DNA of 64,000 bases. It comes from Candidatus Enterousia sp. Its GTDB lineage: Bacteria; Pseudomonadota; Alphaproteobacteria; Rs-D84. Within the stretch, counting starts at the first letter, position 1. Each line of letters starts with the position of its first letter. Of this stretch, positions 20,357 to 28,686 are shown piece after piece. The stretch is taken from the NCBI GenBank assembly GCA_045648925.1, contig JAZROY010000009.1, positions 1,062-65,061 on the forward strand, in the 5' to 3' direction. The notes below the pieces were generated by a model. It was not told the DNA's origin, ran no database searches, and worked only from the letters and a program-made list of their open reading frames with translations. A program made the position numbers and the translations under genes.

Positions 20357-21051
20357 TTAAACTTCACCTTATACGGTCCCAACTCCGATAATTCTTCGTT
20401 AAAAAAAGCGTTATCAAATTCGTCCAACAACACATCATCAAACTTCGGAAACAATTTTTCGTTTCCAACAATTTTACGATTTGTTAAAATTTTTCTTACT
20501 TTATTAAATTTTGTTTTAGATATTGGCTTTAACTCAATTGACCCTTTTTCCATATCTTTGACAAGATTATCAAATTTTAAAACATCCCCAATATGCACAT
20601 TTTGCATCGGTTCTGTATCAAAATACACATAATCCAACAACTTGTATGTATCATCAGCAAAACGATTTAAATCTATATTAAATATCTTGTTCAAAACCTT
20701 TGGTGGTAAAATCCTCCAAACATCCTTACGAGAAACATTGAGATTTACCGGTTCGTATTGAATCAAGTCTGTTTCATAACGTGTTTCCGTTACTTTTTCT
20801 TTCACCAAACACAAATTAAGCAACTCGTCCACAAAAGCGTTTGCATCGTTAGAATATGGTCCAAACTTCCAAAAAATCCATTTAATATCTGTAAATTTAT
20901 GCCCAGTCTCCTGTGCCATATAAACATCCAACAAGTATAAATACTTCACCAGAGTGATTCTTCGCATCAAGAATCCCGCTTCAACAGCTTCCTTAACCAG
21001 AACCTGCAAAAATAGTAATAATATTTGTTTTTTTTCCATGGGCTGTAACAA
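20353..21051 (-). CDS. DUF4065 (Panacea/SocA) antitoxin
   Basis: LVKYLYLLD...G..FTDIKWIFWKFGPYS. Confidence 0.78.
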   Translation of the reverse strand: MLQPMEKKQILLLFLQVLVKEAVEAGFLMRRITLVKYLYLLDVYMAQETGHKFTDIKWIFWKFGPYSNDANAFVDELLNLCLVKEKVTETRYETDLIQYEPVNLNVSRKDVWRILPPKVLNKIFNIDLNRFADDTYKLLDYVYFDTEPMQNVHIGDVLKFDNLVKDMEKGSIELKPISKTKFNKVRKILTNRKIVGNEKLFPKFDDVLLDEFDNAFFNEELSELGPYKVKFK

Positions 21052-21128
21052 GCGTAGTATTATAAAAGCATTATTGCAACAAATTAATGTACATTTACAT
21101 ATTTACTTTCATAACTTCAGACGATACA

Positions 21129-22313
21129 TCAGGATATCTCTGAAGTAACAAATTCCAACATCTTGTCAGCACCACGTTGGATTGAATCACGGATTGGGTC
21201 CATAGTCAAACGTGAATACACTTTGGTTGCTGCACTGGTTTTGTCACCAAGAGCCTTACCAATGATGTGCAAACTAGCACCTGTGATGGCCTGATAACTA
21301 CCAAACGTGCGTCGCAGGTCGTGGAACCGAAAATCTTCTATGCCGGCCCTTTTTAATAACGCATACCACGGACGATGCAGGTCTTCCACGTGGCCGCTTT
21401 TACTGCCGATATCGCTTGGAAAAACCCAATCACTTATTGCGTGCTTTCGCATTTCGGTCAAAATCTCCTTTGCTTGCATTATCAATGGTATTTTTTGTGG
21501 GTCTCCATTCTTTGAATCCGGAAACAAAACATAACCAAGTTCCAAATCAACATTTGACCACCGCATTGACAACATATTCTGGCGACGTTGACCAATGAAC
21601 AATGACAATAAGACATAATTCTTAAATATCACATTTGGTTCTTCTGCCAATGCAGCAAACAACCGTTGGATTTCATCGGGCAACAAAAAACGTTCACGGG
21701 ATTTTTCCCGAAACATTTTAATACCGACAACAGGATTTCCACTGTGTTCAGGATATCCCCATTCAATGGCACGATTATACATATGCTTTAATAAACCAAT
21801 AGCCCGGTTAGCAGTGTATAAACTTATTCTATCTTTTAATTCAACGTGTAAACGTTCCACATCCACCTTGGTAACACTCATCATTTTACGGTTGTGCAAC
21901 GGTGCAAGATTGTTCCGGAACATCGTTTCATCTTTGGCCTGTGTCTTTGGACGGGTATGAACCACAACGTGTCTTGGATAATACACATCATAAAAAAACT
22001 GTCTCAGGGTCATATCCCGCAACGCCTCATTGCGTTCCTGGTTTGGGTCTATCCCTTGTTCAGCACGTTCCCGCAATGTATGAGCCTTTATTTTCGCTTC
22101 CGCCAATTTCATAATTTTTGCGGAACCAATTTTGGTCTTTACACCACGGCCACGAAAATACATTTGCATAAAGTATGTTTTTGCACCACCATATGATGCG
22201 ATAAGACACAACCCATCATTGGAATCTGTGTCATAATACACTTTTTGACCCTCGGCCGGCAAAGGCAGCCCGTCGATGGTTTTTTGCGTAAATTTTATGC
22301 GTTCTGTTTTCAT
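21129..22313 (-). CDS. int: Tyrosine integrase of element A (P4-like, arm-binding N-domain)
   Basis: Arm-binding N-terminus, IGQRRQN, RFHDLRRT, LGD (His replaced by Asp), TKVY; adjacent to att. Confidence 0.95.
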   Translation of the reverse strand: MKTERIKFTQKTIDGLPLPAEGQKVYYDTDSNDGLCLIASYGGAKTYFMQMYFRGRGVKTKIGSAKIMKLAEAKIKAHTLRERAEQGIDPNQERNEALRDMTLRQFFYDVYYPRHVVVHTRPKTQAKDETMFRNNLAPLHNRKMMSVTKVDVERLHVELKDRISLYTANRAIGLLKHMYNRAIEWGYPEHSGNPVVGIKMFREKSRERFLLPDEIQRLFAALAEEPNVIFKNYVLLSLFIGQRRQNMLSMRWSNVDLELGYVLFPDSKNGDPQKIPLIMQAKEILTEMRKHAISDWVFPSDIGSKSGHVEDLHRPWYALLKRAGIEDFRFHDLRRTFGSYQAITGASLHIIGKALGDKTSAATKVYSRLTMDPIRDSIQRGADKMLEFVTSEIS

Positions 22314-22328
22314 TTTTTACCTCATTTT

Positions 22329-22379
22329 TATTCTATGTATATTCTATGAGCGGCATTATATTCTATGTTTTATTCTATG
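22329..22379 (+). repeat. Four TATTCTATG arm-type repeats, right arm of element A
   Basis: Copies at 22329, 22340, 22359, 22371, directly upstream of int start. Confidence 0.78.
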
Positions 22380-22474
22380 ATTTTATTAAACTTAGTTTAA
22401 CACCACCATACCACGAATACCGCAGAAATCAAGCAAAAATTAAAAAATATTAAAATCCATTAAACAAACTAAAC

Positions 22475-22526
22475 ACGGACTGTTAATCCGTATGTCACTG
22501 GTTCGAGTCCAGTTGCCCGAGCCAAG
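22475..22526 (+). repeat. attR of element A / attL of element B (duplicate 3' two-thirds of tRNA-Asn)
   Basis: Exact 52-bp copy of 2151-2202; lacks D-arm and 5' acceptor strand. Confidence 0.95.
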
Positions 22527-22533
22527 GAATTCC

Positions 22534-22567
22534 GCCGCAAACCCCGCAGGTTTGCGGCATTTTCTTT
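22534..22567 (+). terminator. Intrinsic terminator after the duplicated tRNA 3' end
   Basis: GCCGCAAACC-ccgca-GGTTTGCGGC followed by ATTTTCTTT. Confidence 0.8.
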
Positions 22568-22810
22568 ACTTAACACTTCTATGTTTCACACACCACGGTA
22601 CATCAAAAATCATCATGAAACAACCTTCTGGCTACACAATAGCTACACAGAATACGCACTATTAAGATCAATCTTGATATCTATTTTGATATCTATATGA
22701 TATCATACCACAAAGCCGCAACACACCGGAAATCTAACATTTTTTGCACTTTTTACTGGACAAGTGGAAAAATTTACGGCTTACTACGACGGCATTAAAA
22801 AGGATCGTCT

Positions 22811-23272
22811 ATGAAATACAAACATTTTGATGATATTGCGCCTAACCATCGCACAGATTTTGTTATGCTATACTTTGCCGCATGTCGTTCTTTGCGCGAA
22901 TTGGAATCGGCCGTACGCCGCACGCAAGATGGTGCATTAACCAATCGCCAGGCGTGGTTACTCCGCCGGTTGATGTACAAATGTGTCCAAATGGCCGCAA
23001 GCCATAAATCCGACCAGCGCAAATTCGAAATTGCAACAATATCTGGAACTAAATCTGGCGCCAAGGCCCTTCTGGTTACATTACCCAGCGCAATAACCGA
23101 TGCGGATATTGGTCAAATGCTGGCCACGGCCATCCAAAACGATGCTAAGCGTATCTTCTTTATAACCCCTGTTCGGCCTAATATTGCCCAACAACGCTCG
23201 ATACAATGGATGAATGATCATACAGACATTAAAGTTATTGTTCTGATCCCATCGCAAAAAATAATCAATTAA
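22811..23272 (+). CDS. Hypothetical protein; C-half resembles the fold after the active site of the 7090-8016 nuclease
   Basis: IGQMLATA..NDAKRIFFI...SIQWMNDHTD aligns by eye with LGKLITYA...ADIVIWV...AIEWLNAHTD. Confidence 0.55.
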   Translation: MKYKHFDDIAPNHRTDFVMLYFAACRSLRELESAVRRTQDGALTNRQAWLLRRLMYKCVQMAASHKSDQRKFEIATISGTKSGAKALLVTLPSAITDADIGQMLATAIQNDAKRIFFITPVRPNIAQQRSIQWMNDHTDIKVIVLIPSQKIIN

Positions 23273-23277
23273 ATAGA

Positions 23278-23943
23278 TTACTCGCTTTCGCCCAACATGC
23301 GGTTTTTGCGTTCGGTCAAAATTTCGCCTTTGTATTTAAAGAAATCAGGTCCACGATATTGTTTCCAATTGGTCGCAAAATGTTCTTTCATGATCTTTCT
23401 AGCCAATTCAGACAACGAATAATCCGTACCGTTGAACGATACCTTCTTTTTATGCGTGGAATCGTTTACTGTGCATTTCAAAACCGTGCCATTTTTCAAT
23501 GTACGCGCGAATTCCAATGTCGCCCCAGGCTTGATACCAACCGCGGCAAAATCATATTGCTTTTTGCCTTTCTTATCTGATGTTGTTTGGATATCTTCAT
23601 CTTTCACCACACCATCTTCACCAAACATGGTATTGTCGGTTTTTATCTCTTCGCCTGTGAACCCTTTTGCAAGCACTTCTAACAAAGCCACCGCGTCTTC
23701 TGGGGCAACCCTAAAGAATTCACGATTTGATCTTACGCGGCTGCCGGCAAAGATTCTGTGTGCATAGGCCTCATTTTCTTCATAATTATCCACTTTTACG
23801 GCGAAATGGCATCTGAACGGCAATGGAACGCCTGTTTTATCAAGTTGCTTCATGCGTTGTTCAACCGTCTTATCTGTGCGCCCAATTTTAATGTAACCAG
23901 GCATCGCATCATTGGTCAAAATATAAATAATTCCACGCGCCAT
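23278..23943 (-). CDS. T5orf172/GIY-YIG-like nuclease with RAMA-like domain (copy 3)
   Basis: GIIYILTNDAMPGYIKIGRT, REFF motif; GIKPGATLEF...FNG..YSLSELA...GPDFFKYKG. Confidence 0.8.
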   Translation of the reverse strand: MARGIIYILTNDAMPGYIKIGRTDKTVEQRMKQLDKTGVPLPFRCHFAVKVDNYEENEAYAHRIFAGSRVRSNREFFRVAPEDAVALLEVLAKGFTGEEIKTDNTMFGEDGVVKDEDIQTTSDKKGKKQYDFAAVGIKPGATLEFARTLKNGTVLKCTVNDSTHKKKVSFNGTDYSLSELARKIMKEHFATNWKQYRGPDFFKYKGEILTERKNRMLGESE

Positions 23944-24041
23944 AATAAAAACTCCTATGTTATCATAAGAATTATAGCATAAATTTAACCCAAATACAAT
24001 TTTTCATAAATTACATATTATAAACAATGTGAATAACAGAG

Positions 24042-24968
24042 CTATCCCGCTTGTTCATTGGATATTTTTTCTTCTGCTACTGTCTTATCCTCTATTACCT
24101 GTTCTTCTGGCAAGACAGTATCATACTCATTATTTTCAAAAGGAATATCTACATCATATTCAAGTTTATAACCGTGTTCTCTTGCTAACAATCTAATAAA
24201 ACTATCCATATTAAAAAAGTAAAACCTCCGGTCAGTTTTCTTGTTAAACTCAACCAAAAGTTGTTTGTTAGGACGCCCCTTACCAGATTTATCCCACCAA
24301 TCAAATTTTTTTTCATTGGTTACAAATATAATATCTGTTTTATCCGCCTTAGCCTTGGCCAATAATTCAGACCATATAATAAAATCTCCAGATTTATTCT
24401 GTTTCTTTTGACTATCGGTAATTCCTGGAGGAATATCATATTTGAGTCTTTTCTCAAATTCATTTTCATAAAATTCGGAATTTTCTAATTCACGACCAAC
24501 ACAATCATCATAAAAAATTTCTTCTATTGTTTCTGAAATTTTATCAAAATCAACTTCTTGTGCTTTATAAGCTTCTCTCATAGCTTCCACAGCCTTTTGT
24601 AAAGCTGTTTTAGCAGTAATAACCCAATCACTTAAAAAATGTGTTTTATTTATATCTTGTTGTAATGCGTTTATGGTACTTGTAACCCCACCAAGTTTTG
24701 ACGAATAAATAGATTGAGCCCTTTGTATAACCTTATCTTTGTTTTTATAAAATTCTTCTGCTGTATGATACGGCACAAACAACCTGTTTTTGATTGTATC
24801 TTTTGTTAATAATCCTTTGATATCTTGTAAAATTTTTGGTGAATAACTATACAAACCCAATAAAGCATTTGTATCAAAAGCCAAAACCGCATGTTTTAAC
24901 ATACGTTTTATCTCTTCTATATCATACTCCTGATGAACATAAACCGCATTCTTCATATTATTGCCCAT
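24042..24968 (-). CDS. PIN-like domain protein (PIN_8/DUF4935 type)
   Basis: AFDTNALL, EEF, GDFIIWSEL, FVTNEKKFDWW acidic PIN pattern. Confidence 0.8.
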   Translation of the reverse strand: MGNNMKNAVYVHQEYDIEEIKRMLKHAVLAFDTNALLGLYSYSPKILQDIKGLLTKDTIKNRLFVPYHTAEEFYKNKDKVIQRAQSIYSSKLGGVTSTINALQQDINKTHFLSDWVITAKTALQKAVEAMREAYKAQEVDFDKISETIEEIFYDDCVGRELENSEFYENEFEKRLKYDIPPGITDSQKKQNKSGDFIIWSELLAKAKADKTDIIFVTNEKKFDWWDKSGKGRPNKQLLVEFNKKTDRRFYFFNMDSFIRLLAREHGYKLEYDVDIPFENNEYDTVLPEEQVIEDKTVAEEKISNEQAG

Positions 24969-25242
24969 AAGTTTCTAATATACGTTTTACCCACACATCG
25001 TCCGCTTTTGTATTTCTCCATGCTGCAGGCATTGCTAATCTAGAAACAAACAATCTATCATTTCTATCTATGCACAAAGCTAATCTATCACGGATAGCTG
25101 TTGCTGGTAATGCTGTTACAATTATCCAACAAGATTCTGTTATTTTACCCCAAGTACCATATGACTTTATCGTATTATACAACAATTCATAATTCTTACC
25201 AGGAGCCATTAAATCATAAGAGATAATATAACATTTATTCAT
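24958..25242 (-). CDS. Small Cas2/VapD-like ferredoxin-fold protein
   Basis: YIISYDL N-terminal strand, 94 aa; overlaps the PIN gene start. Confidence 0.65.
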   Translation of the reverse strand: MNKCYIISYDLMAPGKNYELLYNTIKSYGTWGKITESCWIIVTALPATAIRDRLALCIDRNDRLFVSRLAMPAAWRNTKADDVWVKRILETYGQ

Positions 25243-25313
25243 GCGTGACCTCTATCATCAATGACAGTATATTATAGTATTCTGAAAAATCAAACGGTAA
25301 AAATTTAATATGT

Positions 25314-25652
25314 TTACTTTCTTACTAAATTGGTCACAGAAGTATAATAAGCGTCTTCGCCACGGATGCGTCTGACAACGTAATCTACATCAAAGTACTG
25401 GTATGTGCCGTCTTTTTCATTGTATTTGGTTACAAGTTTAGCAGAACATGCACGACGTTGCGGTGTTACATTGGTGAATACTTCCATTTCCACAACTTCC
25501 TCAAACCCAACGATGTCTTTCTTGTAACTTTCTTTGGCTATATCTGTTAATAATTTTTTAACAGAACTATCCCAACATTCTGGTGCCGGTTCAGAACACC
25601 CCACCAGCGCAACCGCCAACAACGCAAACCCGAAAATACGTGATACTTTCAT
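25314..25652 (-). CDS. Lipoprotein
   Basis: Signal peptide with lipobox LVGC. Confidence 0.75.
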   Translation of the reverse strand: MKVSRIFGFALLAVALVGCSEPAPECWDSSVKKLLTDIAKESYKKDIVGFEEVVEMEVFTNVTPQRRACSAKLVTKYNEKDGTYQYFDVDYVVRRIRGEDAYYTSVTNLVRK

Positions 25653-25656
25653 TTCG

Positions 25657-28600
25657 TTATCCCTTTATTCCTTTTACAATATCCATAAGGTGTTCATATG
25701 TATCAACACGACCATATTTCACATCATCACCACTTATCGCCTTAAAATGTTTTTCGGCACATTTTTTCTTTGCCTCTTCAATCGGTTTAAGATTCAACGT
25801 TTCCATTGTTCCCTTGGTTTCAGCAACGAAATAAATATGTTTTACAGTGCCTTCTTTAAATGCAATGGCCCAGTCTGGGTTATACCTCCCCACAGGCGTA
25901 TTTATATAAAAACCACGTGGCAATTTAGCATAAACACACACGTCTTCCTGGCGTTCTAATTCTGCGGCCATCTTCTTTTCAATTTCAGAATCCGCATCGA
26001 CGTAGTTATATATATGATGATTTGGTGTTTCGACTGATTTATCTGCCAAAATTTGTTTACCAGGTTCAGTAAATATATCAATATCAAAACAATCGTCTAT
26101 CTTATTGTACGCCACGTGTTCGATGATGGTTGTTGCTTTTTCATTGTTTATCAAGCCGATCGCCTTGGTTATAAAATCTTGCGGGTTGGCTTTGAATTGC
26201 TCAAAAGTTTCTTTGCGTATCCCACACAATATGTTTGCAACACACTTTCTGGTCAATTGTGTACCTTCAGCTATTTTACCAATCAAGTCATACTTCAGAT
26301 CAACCTCGGCCGTTTTTACAACAGTTCTTCTGGCCGTTTGTTCGCCGTCTATAAATCCGTTTTCTGTAATTTCTTTGATTGAGCCACCGGTAACCATGAC
26401 CGTTACTGGCGTAATGTGTAAATTGTTATTCAAACTGTCAATTGCCTTCTGTTCCAATTCTTTGGACGCAAAATCAACCGTATATGCAGATTTTTTGTTG
26501 ATTCTGTTCCACAATTCTTGGAATTCTTGCTTTGCAAAGTTCTTTTTATTTATGGCGATATTGACGCGTGTTCTGTTACGATTTTCAATATCGATCGGCT
26601 TGTACACAGACTCCGCTATCCTGATGACTTCATCTGCTGGGAACCCTTCTGGCATAACCAGCGCACCGGTGGCTTTCGCGGTATAAAAATCTTGCGTTAA
26701 ATTGCCATTATCATCAATGTAATTTTTCCGAATGAAGTGATTGTAGATGCGTCTAGATTCTTCTTCGGTCACTGGATGCATTTCACCTGTTTCTAATCTA
26801 ATTGCCTGTTTGAACAACTGCGGGGTTATAATACGCGGACGATTCTTCAATTCTTCGTTATATTCAGATTGCAATCCTTTTGCAAAGGCTTCATAACTTT
26901 CAGATGCAACAACGGTCAAAACATTTATTTTGTGAATACCTTCACCCAAAACAGAATAATCCATACGATCGCCATTTTGGTTGACGCACAAACGCATACC
27001 GCGGCCCAATTCTTGACGTCTTGATACATCGTTGGTGCTTTGCTTCAATGTACAAATTTGGAACACATTCTGATTATCCCATCCTTCACGCAATGCAGAA
27101 TGCGAAAATATGAATCGAACCGGTTCTTCACGTGACAACAGGCGTTCTTTATCCTTCATAATCAAATCATATGCGGCAATATCACCCTCTTTGCTTGCTG
27201 ATGTTTCAGAACGACCGAGTTTACTGTCTTGGAATTTGCCTTTTTTATCAATAGAAAAATACCCAGCGTGCGATTTATGCGCGTTGGTTCCTTTTAAGAA
27301 TTCTTCGTATTCTGGATTTAACCCCAATTGTGACAACCGATCTTCTACCGCAGCAACATATTCTTGTTCAAACATCTGGGCATAAACACCACCTTGATCA
27401 TCAGTTGTACGGTATTTGGCAACTTCGTCAATAAAGAACAAAGATAACACTTTGATACCACGATCAAACAACCTTTCTTCCTGTTCCAGGTGTGCGTTGA
27501 TAGTTTCGCGAATTTGAATACGACGAATTTGTTCTTCGTTCATATTGCCGATCCCATCACCAACATGCAATACAGTGCCGTTGTTAAAATGCACAGAATC
27601 ATCGCGGGCATCAATATCTGTTATAACCCAACGATCTTTGTATTCTTCCAATTTATTAGATCTATCATATAAATTATCACCATACTCAAAGTTTAATGTT
27701 CTTTTTGTGATTTGGGTCGCATTTTGATAATCTATTTCCATGGTAACCGTTGGATTTTTATTTGGGAACACATTTATCTTTGATACATAAATATAACCAT
27801 TTGTTGCCGTATCACCCAAAACAGATATGCCACGAACAGCGATCTTTTTCACCAACTTTCTATTATATGCATCCAGCGCATCCAAACGATAAACCATATA
27901 GTGTGGATCGCGATGTGTTGCCGAATAACGCAATATAAACAATGGATTAAAACTTTGCATCATTCTTGTAACAACTGGACCACCCATCGATTGTGGTTCA
28001 TCCAAAATCAATATCGGATGCGTTGCTGCTAAAACATCGATAGGACGACGGGAACGGAACGTGTCTAATTTCATATAAATGCGGCGTGCATCTTCACCAC
28101 GTGATGCAAAAGCCTGCATATTTATAATCATTACATGGATGTTTGAATCCGTTGCAAAGCCTTCAATATCATTAGGATGTGCAGAATTATAAATAAAGAA
28201 TCGAATTGCCTTGCCGTATTGGTCTTTGAAATGTTCCGCGGTTGATTGAAATGATTTATAAACACCTTCACGAATTGCGACAGATGGGACAATTACAATA
28301 AATTTTGACCATCCGTACCGTTTGTTCAATTCATACATTGTTTTGGTATATGTGTAGGTTTTCCCTGTACCAGTTTCCATTTCCACAGACAAATTCAATA
28401 TCCCATTTATTGGATCTTCATTTGGCTTAATTCCGGCTTTGATTTGTTGTTTGTTAATATTTTCCAACAAAACATCGTTATTTATTGCCAGCGCAGGATT
28501 CGCATAAGCATCAAAATGAATCAAATCATTTGTATTATCATTGGATTGTCCAGGATCCAGAATGTATGATTGCGCACGTTGTTTCGGTTGTCCAACAAAC

Positions 28601-28668
28601 ACATCGCAAATGGCATTGGTTGCATCTGTCTGGAAATCTTGGCTTTTGTATTTTATCTTCATGACCAT
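25657..28668 (-). CDS. res: Type III restriction enzyme Res subunit
   Basis: METGTGKT, LDEPQ, LREGWD, QELGRGMR; C-terminal YNPDWAI...AETK nuclease. Confidence 0.95.
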   Translation of the reverse strand: MVMKIKYKSQDFQTDATNAICDVFVGQPKQRAQSYILDPGQSNDNTNDLIHFDAYANPALAINNDVLLENINKQQIKAGIKPNEDPINGILNLSVEMETGTGKTYTYTKTMYELNKRYGWSKFIVIVPSVAIREGVYKSFQSTAEHFKDQYGKAIRFFIYNSAHPNDIEGFATDSNIHVMIINMQAFASRGEDARRIYMKLDTFRSRRPIDVLAATHPILILDEPQSMGGPVVTRMMQSFNPLFILRYSATHRDPHYMVYRLDALDAYNRKLVKKIAVRGISVLGDTATNGYIYVSKINVFPNKNPTVTMEIDYQNATQITKRTLNFEYGDNLYDRSNKLEEYKDRWVITDIDARDDSVHFNNGTVLHVGDGIGNMNEEQIRRIQIRETINAHLEQEERLFDRGIKVLSLFFIDEVAKYRTTDDQGGVYAQMFEQEYVAAVEDRLSQLGLNPEYEEFLKGTNAHKSHAGYFSIDKKGKFQDSKLGRSETSASKEGDIAAYDLIMKDKERLLSREEPVRFIFSHSALREGWDNQNVFQICTLKQSTNDVSRRQELGRGMRLCVNQNGDRMDYSVLGEGIHKINVLTVVASESYEAFAKGLQSEYNEELKNRPRIITPQLFKQAIRLETGEMHPVTEEESRRIYNHFIRKNYIDDNGNLTQDFYTAKATGALVMPEGFPADEVIRIAESVYKPIDIENRNRTRVNIAINKKNFAKQEFQELWNRINKKSAYTVDFASKELEQKAIDSLNNNLHITPVTVMVTGGSIKEITENGFIDGEQTARRTVVKTAEVDLKYDLIGKIAEGTQLTRKCVANILCGIRKETFEQFKANPQDFITKAIGLINNEKATTIIEHVAYNKIDDCFDIDIFTEPGKQILADKSVETPNHHIYNYVDADSEIEKKMAAELERQEDVCVYAKLPRGFYINTPVGRYNPDWAIAFKEGTVKHIYFVAETKGTMETLNLKPIEEAKKKCAEKHFKAISGDDVKYGRVDTYEHLMDIVKGIKG

Positions 28669-28686
28669 TGTGCATCACCCCTTGGT

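Larger units (their letters stand above)
2151..22526. mobile_element. Integrative element A at tRNA-Asn (~20.3 kb)
   Basis: 52-bp perfect direct repeat 2151-2202 = 22475-22526; integrase next to the right att; xis-like gene; shared TATTCTATG arm repeats at both ends. Confidence 0.92.

Noticed and set aside
22475-22524. Second tRNA-Asn gene
   Set aside because: Lacks the 5' acceptor strand and D-arm; it is an att duplication
24958-25242. CRISPR-Cas locus
   Set aside because: Cas2-like fold only; no cas1, effector genes or repeat-spacer array seen in the window
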